This document shows, piece after piece, positions 10,683 through 19,691 of a stretch of DNA of 64,000 nt. The notes beneath the pieces were generated by a model. That model saw nothing but the letters and a program-made list of their open reading frames with translations. It did not search any database and was not told the DNA's origin. The stretch lies in sequence record LT603033.1; one strand, written 5' to 3'. A program made the position numbers and the translations under genes. How positions within the stretch are numbered: the stretch's first letter is position 1; the number at the start of each line of letters is the position of its first letter.

Positions 10683-12932
10683 TTAATCAACTATACTATC
10701 GTGACGTTTGAGTGCACGAATTACAATTGCAGCTTGAATTTGTTGTGTAAAAGAACCACCTGCACCAAAATCATGAACAATTTTATTAACACGATAAATT
10801 GTTTGGTTAAATGTGGTTGGTGTATTAATATCCAAAACACCAGTGTTATCATTTATTGATATTACTGGTTGTAATTTTAGTAATAGATACGCTTCAGATG
10901 TTATATAATTTGCTACATGATAATCATCTGGGTTAATTTCCATATCTTCACCATTAATTACTTGTTCTAGATATTGTAAGTAAGAGTAATCACTCCACCC
11001 TAACCAGTACGGGTCGCCTACTACACGCATATCGAGTTTACACAAAAAAGGTCTATTGTAATAGTTGTCACGTATTTTACGTCTATCCATTTCATATGTG
11101 CTGCTGTTATCGTTTAACGAAGCGGATAAAGTTGTTTCATTGTTAGTTGCTTCGGTTGGCATTGTGAACACTTCACCATAACGGTGACCAACACCATCAG
11201 TGCCACCATCGTTTTCTTCATAAGTGGTTACATAATCTTCAATATATTGAGGTAAAACATTGACTTGATAGTTATTATAACGGTCTTGTTCTTCTGCGTT
11301 ACCAACCTGCATTTGATTTTTTGCTAAAGTTTCAACTTCAGTTAACAATTGTTGTTGGGCTTGTGTTAACATCCCTCCTAAATCACGAGTTACACGTAAA
11401 TCACTTGTTTTTGCCCATGCGTCTGGTATACTATTGTATTGTACACCTTGAATATTGAGTTCTTGGGATGTATGTGTACCTGCATGGTTCGCTACATCTT
11501 GTATCGGACCAGGGTTACGTGTAGTGGCTACGAAAAATTGCTGATCAAATTTCAAATCCAAATCAAGTATCTCACTATTAAGTCCACTAAATTGATAATT
11601 ATAAGTTTTCATGTTTATTTTTGGTTTTTGATCATTAGGATCTACGTATTTTTCTGCGTTCTCAAAAAAGTACTCAAATGTGAAATTTTCAGGTTGTAAA
11701 TCCGATTCATGAACAATATCACCTATTTTAAATCTAACAATATAAAAAATTACTTTATAAACAGAAGTATTACGATAATTATCAAAACCAACGTATTGTT
11801 TAACTGGTATAATGTTTACAAATTGACGCACACTAGTACTATCATCGGCTTGTACAGTACATGTATCAATAACGTCATCAATAATTCGAGATATAGGAGT
11901 ACTTGGGTTCCATGAAAAGTTTTTAGAACCTTGTGCACCACTTTTAGTTGTTCCGGCCTCTGCCATTTGTTTAGAATCATAGTTTATAAACAAATCTTGC
12001 AAATCTGGTGCTACTTTAAATTCGAAAAATTTACCTTCGGATAATTCACCAAATTTATATCTAAGATAACCATATTGTTGGTCAGCCATCTGATTTAATT
12101 TATCTTCTAAATCAAAACAGAAGTCACCAAAGTTTTCAGCAGTACAATTGAATGGTTCTTTTAAGGTCCATTCAATGTTATCAACTAAAGCTGCTCTATT
12201 ATGAACTAAGTTCATAGTATACATCATAGTACTACCACTTTGTGAAGCACTTGCAGTAACACTATTAATTTTAACTGACCAGCGTCTTGTTGTTTCTGGG
12301 ATAATTTCAGGTATTCCATTTTTATTAAAGCCAATAAACTTTAATTCCAAGATCAATGGCAAGTCCATAAATTTATGATATCTAAGTTTGTTACTTAACG
12401 AAATTAATTCATCATATAGACTCATACTATTATTTTCAGACATATTAAGTACTGCTGTATTAAAACAATAGTTTGTTGTCATTCCTGGTGTTGAAGGTCC
12501 AGCTTGTGTCATTTGTACACTAGTGATATTATATTTGCCAGTAACACCACTTTCTGATATCACATGTCGTTGCACTTCTGCATCTGGGTAAAGCCAAAAG
12601 TTTTTAAAATCATCTTTATCTAAGGCAAATAAACAAAAGTGCCAAGTTGGGTTATCATATTTCAATAATTTATTGTCATACGGTATTACAAACTGACTTA
12701 AATCGAGATCTTCATAAACTTGATCAACACTAGCACTTTGTTTTGGTAATGATACTACATTACTTACATTTGCTTTGTAATTATTTTTTGTAATAGTTTT
12801 TACATCATTTTGTAATGTATTTGCTGTAGCTTTCAAACTATCAAGTGCATTAGATGTGGTGGTTTTAGCCTTACCAGTAATACTTGTAATATCATTTTGA
12901 AAATTATCAACTGTACTTCGTAAATCTGCCAT
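10683..12932 (-). CDS. Probable baseplate hub protein (gp27-like)
   Basis: 749 aa, between the LysM/gp53-like gene and the spike, as in contractile systems; C-terminal DMRVVGDPYW...YRVNKIVHDFGAGGSFTQQI resembles hub proteins. Mostly synteny. Confidence 0.45.
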   Translation of the reverse strand: MADLRSTVDNFQNDITSITGKAKTTTSNALDSLKATANTLQNDVKTITKNNYKANVSNVVSLPKQSASVDQVYEDLDLSQFVIPYDNKLLKYDNPTWHFCLFALDKDDFKNFWLYPDAEVQRHVISESGVTGKYNITSVQMTQAGPSTPGMTTNYCFNTAVLNMSENNSMSLYDELISLSNKLRYHKFMDLPLILELKFIGFNKNGIPEIIPETTRRWSVKINSVTASASQSGSTMMYTMNLVHNRAALVDNIEWTLKEPFNCTAENFGDFCFDLEDKLNQMADQQYGYLRYKFGELSEGKFFEFKVAPDLQDLFINYDSKQMAEAGTTKSGAQGSKNFSWNPSTPISRIIDDVIDTCTVQADDSTSVRQFVNIIPVKQYVGFDNYRNTSVYKVIFYIVRFKIGDIVHESDLQPENFTFEYFFENAEKYVDPNDQKPKINMKTYNYQFSGLNSEILDLDLKFDQQFFVATTRNPGPIQDVANHAGTHTSQELNIQGVQYNSIPDAWAKTSDLRVTRDLGGMLTQAQQQLLTEVETLAKNQMQVGNAEEQDRYNNYQVNVLPQYIEDYVTTYEENDGGTDGVGHRYGEVFTMPTEATNNETTLSASLNDNSSTYEMDRRKIRDNYYNRPFLCKLDMRVVGDPYWLGWSDYSYLQYLEQVINGEDMEINPDDYHVANYITSEAYLLLKLQPVISINDNTGVLDINTPTTFNQTIYRVNKIVHDFGAGGSFTQQIQAAIVIRALKRHDSIVD

Positions 12933-12943
12933 ACGTTACTCCA

Positions 12944-13258
12944 TTAGCCTATGTTTCGAGTACCATTAAGATAATTCTGTACTCTTTGATTTGCTGGTAT
13001 TCTAATTGTTACTCCACTTTTAAAATTATATATAGGATCTTCTCCTAGTATGTCTGGATTTAACAATGCGAAAATATAATATAAGCGTTCATTACCATAC
13101 ATTTCGTATGCTAAACGCCAAGGTTGATATTCATATTTCAATGGGATCTCATAAAAATCATCAGTATCAGCCGGAACAATATCACGTGGTAAAGTATACC
13201 CAAGATACCATGTTTGTTTCACCTTAGCGTAAGGTGAGTATTGACTATAGTTGGACAT
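12944..13258 (-). CDS. Baseplate wedge gp53-like / LysM-type protein
   Basis: QPWRLAYEMYGNERLYYIFALLNPDI...FKSGVTIRIP matches the gp53/tail-X LysM-like pattern. Confidence 0.6.
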   Translation of the reverse strand: MSNYSQYSPYAKVKQTWYLGYTLPRDIVPADTDDFYEIPLKYEYQPWRLAYEMYGNERLYYIFALLNPDILGEDPIYNFKSGVTIRIPANQRVQNYLNGTRNIG

Positions 13259-13989
13259 TAAATGAATCCTCCTTTACGTAATAGTTCACCACGTTTGAAT
13301 GCATTGAGGTTGAACGTTTTAGTCATATAATCCGATGTTGGTTGTTCTTCAAGTTGTAACATAACTGAGATTTTTTGTGGAACCCAAACTTCATCTTGTG
13401 GGTTCATATATCCAGTACTTCTAAGTTGTTCGAAGAATTTTCTACTATCCATGTCGGATAAATTAAAAGTACTATCGCTACTATTCAACGGAACTTGAAT
13501 ATAAGAAACATCATTTGGGTAAGTAAAATTATAAGATTTTAAAATAACAGGAATATCATTATATGTATAACGACCATATCCACTTAGAAGTAAGATTGGT
13601 GGTGGTGCACCTGCAATTGCGAGTTCGGGGTTATTAGCCGATGCAGCTTGTCTACCAAAATCCATCAACGAAACAGAACGTATAAAATGAACACATGCCA
13701 ACGCATACATAGCTTCTGCTGCTGTATTCGCATAAAATTCACCCTGAATCGTGAAAACTGTATTAGTAGTGTTCTTATAGTTGTTATAGTTACTGTTAGT
13801 ATGTATAGGGGACTGTGTTTCATACTGAATTGACCTTTGTTCAGTAATTGTTGGTGTTACAGTCCAAACCAACCCATTAGTTGGACGCAGAAACGAAAGT
13901 AGAGTTGGTTCGGAGCTATCTCCAAAATCACCATATACATAGTTAGCACCTGCGGCTTTAGGTCGTAATCGAATTCTACGATCAATCAT
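13258..13989 (-). CDS. Tail tube-fold baseplate protein (gp48/gp54-like tube initiator)
   Basis: Start moved to ATG 13989 (GGAG upstream; track start 14079 overlaps promoters). APPPILLLSGYGRYTYNDIPVILKSYNFTY is typical of contractile-system tube-initiator proteins. Confidence 0.55.
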   Translation of the reverse strand: MIDRRIRLRPKAAGANYVYGDFGDSSEPTLLSFLRPTNGLVWTVTPTITEQRSIQYETQSPIHTNSNYNNYKNTTNTVFTIQGEFYANTAAEAMYALACVHFIRSVSLMDFGRQAASANNPELAIAGAPPPILLLSGYGRYTYNDIPVILKSYNFTYPNDVSYIQVPLNSSDSTFNLSDMDSRKFFEQLRSTGYMNPQDEVWVPQKISVMLQLEEQPTSDYMTKTFNLNAFKRGELLRKGGFI

Positions 13990-14024
13990 CTTTTTGATTC
14001 TCCATAATAAGGGAACATTTGATG

Positions 14025-14032
14025 TATTTATA
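14025..14032 (-). promoter_or_regulatory. T4-type late promoter (TATAAATA) heading the baseplate operon
   Basis: Exact consensus upstream of ATG 13989; back-to-back with the plus-strand promoter at 14035. Confidence 0.7.
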
Positions 14033-14034
14033 CG

Positions 14035-14063
14035 TGGGACAAACTGCTTTTTGGTGCTATAAT
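14035..14063 (+). promoter_or_regulatory. YGRGACA-N16-TATAAT class promoter (gp55-gp47-gp46 operon)
   Basis: TGGGACA-AACTGCTTTTTGGTGC-TATAAT; one of 10 copies with identical spacing. Confidence 0.7.
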
Positions 14064-14120
14064 AACATTGATGGTACAAGGATTGTACCTATTGGATTTA
14101 AACATGGAGAGTAAAATACA

Positions 14121-14960
14121 ATGACAAATAGACCAAAGCGTAAAAAGTATCTCAATAATGCTGATTTACTTCGTGAAATACAAAAAAGTAAAATTTCATA
14201 TTGCTGGTTATTAGACAAATCATATAGTATGTATGATTATATTGTTTTTCATGAGTCAGAAATTACTGCTGAGTTACTAGAAAAAGCTAAGGCAGCACGA
14301 ATTAAACGACTGAACAATGAAATGCTTGATAGTATTCGTGAAAAGGAAAATATGAGTGCTAAAAAAGCTAAAGAATATGCAGATGAACACAATTTAGTTA
14401 TCACTGACGTTCCAATTGATGAAGTTGTTATTCGTGTTATTACAGATGAACATATTCCACCAGATACTAGAGTTAACTTTGAACCATTCAAGCATTATAT
14501 TGTAGATAATGAAGGTATTCTCTATGAAGTTTGTCGTTCTCACTGGAAAGGCGACCTTGAAACTGGTGAATTCAGTACTGTTCATGGTAAAATTACAAAT
14601 GAACTTGGGAAGATGTTCATTAAACTTGCAGAGGAAATCTCACACAAATCTAATTACAGAAACTATACATACTTAGATGAAATGATGGGTGATGCAAGAA
14701 TACAATTAGTTAAAAACGCACTTCTCTTTAAAGAGAGCATTCTTTATAAAAAAGATAAACCAGCAGTTCAGCTAAATCCTTTCTCTTACTATACATCATT
14801 CGTAAACAATAGTTTTCGTTCTATATTGAATAGTGAGAAAAATGTTCGAAATATACGTGATGATTTACTTGAAATGCATGGCTTTACGCCATCACATACA
14901 CGTCAAATTGAAATTGAATTGAACATGATTGAAAGGAAAAATGAAGATGGCTCTGTTTGA
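14121..14960 (+). CDS. gp55: Late-transcription sigma factor (T4 gp55-like)
   Basis: YLNNADLLREI; ITNELGKMFIKLAEEISHKSNYRNYTYLDEMMGDA; NPFSYYTSFVNNSFRSILNSEK. Confidence 0.85.
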   Translation: MTNRPKRKKYLNNADLLREIQKSKISYCWLLDKSYSMYDYIVFHESEITAELLEKAKAARIKRLNNEMLDSIREKENMSAKKAKEYADEHNLVITDVPIDEVVIRVITDEHIPPDTRVNFEPFKHYIVDNEGILYEVCRSHWKGDLETGEFSTVHGKITNELGKMFIKLAEEISHKSNYRNYTYLDEMMGDARIQLVKNALLFKESILYKKDKPAVQLNPFSYYTSFVNNSFRSILNSEKNVRNIRDDLLEMHGFTPSHTRQIEIELNMIERKNEDGSV

Positions 14961-15978
14961 TAAAGCAATTACATTCACTGATATTCATTTAGGTTTAAAG
15001 AATAACAGCAAGCAACACAATGAAGATTGTTTAAACTTCATTAAATTCATGATTGAGGTAGCTAAAAAAAATAATATCAAAGTTTGTGTTTTTATGGGAG
15101 ATTATTTTCATAATAGAAGTAATATCAATATCCAAACACTAAACTATGGTTTACAAATTCTTCAATTATTAAATGATAATTTTGAAAAAGTATATTTTTT
15201 AGTAGGCAACCATGATATGTATCATAAAAACAAACGTGATATAACAAGTATCAATATGGCTCAAGTTTATGAAAATATAGAATTCATTAATGAAATTACA
15301 ACATTTGATGATTGTACTTTCATTCCATTTATGATTGAAGATGAATATAAGTTGTTACCTCAACTAAAAAGTAAGTATGTTTTTGGTCACTTAGAGTTAC
15401 CAGGTTACTTGCTTAACAAGATGGTAGAAATGCCTGATCATGGTAAAGAAACAGAAGGTTCTTTTGGTGGTTGTGAGTATGTTTTTAGTGGACATTTTCA
15501 TAAAAGGCAGTCAAAAACAACTTCAAAAGGAACTCGTGTAGTTTATACTGGTAATTGTTTTCCACATAATTTTTCCGATACATGGGATGATGCAAGAGGT
15601 GTGATGATTCTTGAACATGGAAAAGAACCTATTTTCAAGTCATGGGATAATGCACCAAAATATAGAACATTCACACTTTCTGAATTGTTGACTGATCCAA
15701 GCTATTATCTACAAGATAACACAATATCAAAAGTTCAAGTTGATATATCAATAACAACAGATGAGATTAGTTTTATTCGTGATACATTTACTAAACTTTA
15801 CAACATTAGAGAGTTTAATGTTGTAACGAGCAAGCAAAGTATCGCAGAATTAATTGAAGATGGTGTTAGTTTTGAAAGTACTGAATCAGTTGATGAGATT
15901 GTGTTGCAGCAAATTATGGAAATTGACTCACCCATGTTTGATAAAAATCTTCTAATCCAAATTTACAGATCGTTATAA
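14947..15978 (+). CDS. gp47: Recombination nuclease subunit (gp47, Mre11/SbcD-like)
   Basis: Metallophosphoesterase motifs FTDIHLG, MGDYFHNR, LVGNHD, FGHLE, FSGHFH; start moved to ATG 14947. Confidence 0.9.
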   Translation: MALFDKAITFTDIHLGLKNNSKQHNEDCLNFIKFMIEVAKKNNIKVCVFMGDYFHNRSNINIQTLNYGLQILQLLNDNFEKVYFLVGNHDMYHKNKRDITSINMAQVYENIEFINEITTFDDCTFIPFMIEDEYKLLPQLKSKYVFGHLELPGYLLNKMVEMPDHGKETEGSFGGCEYVFSGHFHKRQSKTTSKGTRVVYTGNCFPHNFSDTWDDARGVMILEHGKEPIFKSWDNAPKYRTFTLSELLTDPSYYLQDNTISKVQVDISITTDEISFIRDTFTKLYNIREFNVVTSKQSIAELIEDGVSFESTESVDEIVLQQIMEIDSPMFDKNLLIQIYRSL

Positions 15979-15986
15979 GGGACTAT

Positions 15987-18134
15987 ATGCTAAACATTAC
16001 ACGTATATCTATGAGGAACTTCTTTTCATTTGGTAATGCACCACAATCAATTGAATTGAATGGTTCTGACATTTCATTAGTACTGGGTCAAAATAATGAT
16101 GCAGTTATTGAAGGTGGTGACAGCACCGGACGTCGAAATGGTGTCGGGAAAAGTGCTATTATTCAAGGATTAGTTTTTGGATTATTTGGGAAAAGTATTG
16201 GTAATGATATTAAAATTCCTAACTTAGTCAATAAAACTAATGGTAAAAATTGTGAAGTAGTTGTAGAATTTGAAAAAGATGGTGTACAATATCTTGTTGA
16301 GCGTGGGAGAAGTCCCACGTATTTCAATTTTGTTACTTTAGGCAAAGATAATAAAATTGAAGATGAATCAAGGGGAGAAAAGAAAGACACACAAGAAGAT
16401 TTGAATGAAATTCTTGGTATATCTCAATTATTATTTGAACATATTGTAGTACTGAATGCTAACGTTGAACCTTTCTTAGCTTTATCCACACAAAAACAAC
16501 GTGATATGATAGAAGAACTTCTTGGAATAACACAGTTGACGGAAAAAGCTGAAATGCTAAAGGAGATGTATAAGGATACTAAACGTTTAGCCGAACAAGA
16601 AAAGTTCAAAAATGAAACTGTAGCTGCAAGTAATGAACGTATTCAAAAAAGTATTGAGACACTACAAGAACAGGCAAACCAGTTTGAAATTGATAAAAAT
16701 AATAGAGTATCTAAGTTAAATGAAGAGTTGAATATATATAAAACTTTAGACTTTAATGACCTCTATGAAGCTGCTGATATAAAAGAGAAAGCTCTTATTC
16801 ATAACGCAAAGCGTGGGGAAATCGAACGCCGTGTACAAGAGTTGGCGTTAAAATTTGATGCATATGACCGTGAACTTGAAAGATCTAAAAGAGCATTAAA
16901 TCTAAGCATTGATAAGCTAAAAACTATTGATATTAGTGCAGAATTGGAAAATCATAATGAGTTGGAGATATGGAAACAGTTAGAGGGTATTCTAAAAGAG
17001 AATAATAACCAAAAACGTTTCAAAGAACAAAAACTAAACTCACTAAAAATAGCTTTAAAAGGATATGAATGTTCAATTAATGCTGAAATTGACAAATTAT
17101 CAACAGTTGAAAACAGCAAATGTCCACTTTGTATGTCTGAATTAGAACATAACGAACATACTTCTTCAATTAAAGACAAAATCCAAAGTACTATTAATGA
17201 TCTTCAAGCTAAAATTGATAGTTCTTCTTCTGAAATTGAAACATTACTTCAAGAAATTGATAGTATTGAGATTTTTGATATGCCACCTAAGCCTGTGACA
17301 TATTATAATACACTTTCAGAAGCACAAATGCATGAACATAAGCTTCAAGAATTGGTCAGAAAGAGTGAAGAAGAACAAATAAACATCTATGCAAATGAAC
17401 TTATGTCATCATATGATGAACTTAACTCATATGAACTAATGGAAGTTCCAGATACATTAAACAAATATGAAGTTAAAGAGTTAGAAATGACTGTAAATTC
17501 ATTATCACAGCAATTAGATCGTGAATTGAAGACTACTAACACATTTATTAGCCAAATTAATACCCTGAAGACTGATTCTTTAGTACCAATCGATTATAGC
17601 GACTATAATAATCTTGATAAAATGTCAAATCACCAAGATTTCTTGGTTAAATTACTTTTAAACAAGGATTCTTATGTCCGTAAACGTATTATTGAGCAAA
17701 ATATCTCATATTTGAATACACGACTTCAGTACTATATCGATATGTGCGGTTCTGAGCATAATGTTGTGTTTTTGAATGATTTGAGTGTTGAAATTGAGAA
17801 GAGTGGACAGTACTTTGACTATAAACAGCTTAGTAGAGGTGAGCGTACAAGGGTAAACATCGCATTATCTTGTGCTTTCCGTGATACATATGAGTCATTA
17901 TACCAAAGTATTAATATTCTTATCATTGATGAGATGATTGACCAAGGTCTTGACTCAAGTGGTGTTCTACGTGTGTGGTCTATCTTCCAAGATATGGCTG
18001 CTGTACGTGGTAAGAACGTTTATGCTATTTCCCACAGAGAAGAGTTACTATCTAAGACTGAAAAAATCCTCAAAGTTGTTAAAGAGGACGGTTTCAGTAC
18101 TGTTGAATATGCAACCCTTGACGATGTTTTCTAA
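15987..18134 (+). CDS. gp46: Recombination ATPase subunit (gp46, Rad50/SbcC-like)
   Basis: Walker A NGVGKS, coiled coil with CPLC zinc hook, signature LSRGE, Walker B IIDEMID, H-loop ISH. Confidence 0.92.
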   Translation: MLNITRISMRNFFSFGNAPQSIELNGSDISLVLGQNNDAVIEGGDSTGRRNGVGKSAIIQGLVFGLFGKSIGNDIKIPNLVNKTNGKNCEVVVEFEKDGVQYLVERGRSPTYFNFVTLGKDNKIEDESRGEKKDTQEDLNEILGISQLLFEHIVVLNANVEPFLALSTQKQRDMIEELLGITQLTEKAEMLKEMYKDTKRLAEQEKFKNETVAASNERIQKSIETLQEQANQFEIDKNNRVSKLNEELNIYKTLDFNDLYEAADIKEKALIHNAKRGEIERRVQELALKFDAYDRELERSKRALNLSIDKLKTIDISAELENHNELEIWKQLEGILKENNNQKRFKEQKLNSLKIALKGYECSINAEIDKLSTVENSKCPLCMSELEHNEHTSSIKDKIQSTINDLQAKIDSSSSEIETLLQEIDSIEIFDMPPKPVTYYNTLSEAQMHEHKLQELVRKSEEEQINIYANELMSSYDELNSYELMEVPDTLNKYEVKELEMTVNSLSQQLDRELKTTNTFISQINTLKTDSLVPIDYSDYNNLDKMSNHQDFLVKLLLNKDSYVRKRIIEQNISYLNTRLQYYIDMCGSEHNVVFLNDLSVEIEKSGQYFDYKQLSRGERTRVNIALSCAFRDTYESLYQSINILIIDEMIDQGLDSSGVLRVWSIFQDMAAVRGKNVYAISHREELLSKTEKILKVVKEDGFSTVEYATLDDVF

Positions 18135-18142
18135 TTAAAGAT

Positions 18143-18168
18143 AAAGGGAGCCTTAGCTCCCTTTTTTT
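18143..18168 (+). terminator. Intrinsic (probably bidirectional) terminator between gp46 and gp49
   Basis: AAAGGGAGC-CTTA-GCTCCCTTT followed by a T run. Confidence 0.8.
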
Positions 18169-18644
18169 ATATCAACCATATTTAATTTACCGTCCTTAAT
18201 CAGCTTTCTAGCTTGCTTTACACGAGCAGTAGTGTTACTACCAGGGACAACTCCTAACCCTTCCAGAATCGCGTTTTGCTGTGTTGCTGGAAGCCTTTTA
18301 AACTTATTAACATCCACAGTTAGTGCAGTGTGATGTATAACTTGTTCATCGTCAGGAATGCTGTTATTACGCTCTAAGTAATCAGCAAGATTTCTGAGTA
18401 CCTCATATAATGGTTTATCAGTTAAGTGCTTCATATATCGATTGAAGCTGTTTTGTACCTTTCCTTCCCAAGCATTGACTTCATTTTGAAGAACTTGTCT
18501 ACAATGTTGGTTACCATAGTGGTAGTGATCCAGTACTGGTTTAGTTATTGGTTCTTTAATTATAGGATCTATTCCATTTTGTTTCTTTAGTAATTCGTTT
18601 CGATAGTTTGCAGCATCCTTACTATCTTTTAATCTTTTTTTCAT
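18153..18644 (-). CDS. gp49: Recombination/packaging endonuclease VII (gp49-like), lacking the Zn cysteines
   Basis: VLDHYH and NAWEG correspond to T4 EndoVII D40/H41/H43 and N62/E65. Confidence 0.75.
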   Translation of the reverse strand: MKKRLKDSKDAANYRNELLKKQNGIDPIIKEPITKPVLDHYHYGNQHCRQVLQNEVNAWEGKVQNSFNRYMKHLTDKPLYEVLRNLADYLERNNSIPDDEQVIHHTALTVDVNKFKRLPATQQNAILEGLGVVPGSNTTARVKQARKLIKDGKLNMVDIKKGS

Positions 18645-18674
18645 AATTCCTCACCAAACTATTTGTTATCAAAA

Positions 18675-18682
18675 TATTTATA
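18675..18682 (-). promoter_or_regulatory. T4-type late promoter (TATAAATA) for gp49
   Basis: Exact consensus upstream of GAGG...ATG 18644. Confidence 0.65.
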
Positions 18683-18735
18683 GATTAGTTATTTGCAATA
18701 TTTTAAGTACTTAATGAATATTTTTATAAAAATAG

Positions 18736-18764
18736 TGAGACAACTTTAAAGTTTGTGCTATAAT
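18736..18764 (+). promoter_or_regulatory. YGRGACA-N16-TATAAT class promoter driving the non-coding locus
   Basis: TGAGACA-ACTTTAAAGTTTGTGC-TATAAT with no protein gene downstream on the plus strand. Confidence 0.7.
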
Positions 18765-18770
18765 GTTTGT

Positions 18771-19254
18771 TGTAGTAATGACAATCCTGTTGAATGCAGA
18801 AATGCATATAAATTAGAACCTGATCCTATCGAAAATGTAGATGGCAGATGAGCAGTTCAACAGTGCGATGAGCAAAAGAAACCCGTTAGATGTGGGCATA
18901 GTTTGAACCCCTCACGGCAATGCGGCTCAATAAAGAACTCCGATAAGCATACAGAGAGTTCCTCGATAGACATATAAGGATCGCACCTTACCAGATTTGC
19001 TAAGGGAGTTTATTAAGTGATTTTAATAAACAGCCTGAAGTTTGATTGTATAGACTTTCAGGTGAGTGTCAGGATGATTAAGACTGACGACCGTTGCACA
19101 TGACTGCGATAGAGAGAAACAGAGCAACCCGCTTTCGTTCTTAATATATTTTTAAGAAATTCGCAATACAATAAATGCTGAAACTATCAGCGTCAAGAAA
19201 TAGAGACTTCATTGTCTCTTTTTTATTGTCTTCATTCCCCTGCGGGGGGATGAA
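18771..19254 (+). ncRNA. Candidate large structured non-coding RNA, family unknown
   Basis: No ORF of 60 aa or more in 18645-19481; own promoter and terminator-like hairpin; about ten stems found by eye (see findings); visibly more GC-rich than its flanks. Confidence 0.5.
19202..19224 (+). terminator. Terminator-like hairpin at the 3' end of the candidate RNA
   Basis: AGAGAC-TTCATT-GTCTCT followed by TTTTT. Confidence 0.6.
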
Positions 19255-19442
19255 AATGTCCTCAACAAATCCCGTCAAGTATTAAATCTTTTAAAGTTCT
19301 TTATAATTAATTTAATTAAATGAATATGAGTTACGTAGTAACGAATATTCTTCAGCTAACGAATGAAATGAGTTAGATGAATCCAATAATATTAAAATTA
19401 ATCCTTTCATAATTCAATTCAAATAATTCTGTAGTTTAAACC

Positions 19443-19470
19443 AAAAAAAAAACCAGCAACAATGTGCTGG
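19443..19470 (-). terminator. Intrinsic terminator after the gp51-like gene
   Basis: On minus: CCAGCA-loop-TGCTGG followed by T10. Confidence 0.75.
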
Positions 19471-19481
19471 CTATATGAAAA

Positions 19482-19691
19482 TTAGTGCTTCTCGTTTTGT
19501 TTTTTAATTTTTTTATTAAAAGACTTAACTAATAAGTCTCTATCTATTAATGGCATATTAAGGAGTGTTCCATAGTCAATGTTATCCATATATACAGAAC
19601 ATTCCATTAGTGCATTTTTGATTTCTGACTTATTCAGTTCTATCTCCTTCAGTACTTCTTGTATTTCTTCAGGAGATGACTGGAGAAGCAT
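19482..19691 (-). CDS. Baseplate hub assembly chaperone (gp51-like)
   Basis: 69 aa with IDYGTLLNMPLIDRDLLV; translationally coupled downstream of gp26. Confidence 0.5.
   Translation of the reverse strand: MLLQSSPEEIQEVLKEIELNKSEIKNALMECSVYMDNIDYGTLLNMPLIDRDLLVKSFNKKIKKQNEKH

Noticed and set aside
7070-13989. Bacterial T6SS/eCIS/tailocin locus
   Set aside because: The same window holds portal, capsid, terminase and a phage replisome, so these are phage baseplate genes.
18645-19481. Possible CRISPR mini-array, tRNA, tmRNA, RNase P or self-splicing intron in the non-coding gap
   Set aside because: No regularly spaced direct repeats, no cloverleaf or CCA end, no RNase P or group I P7 consensus; GTGCG at ~18863 has no matching group II domain V; the region does not interrupt a gene.
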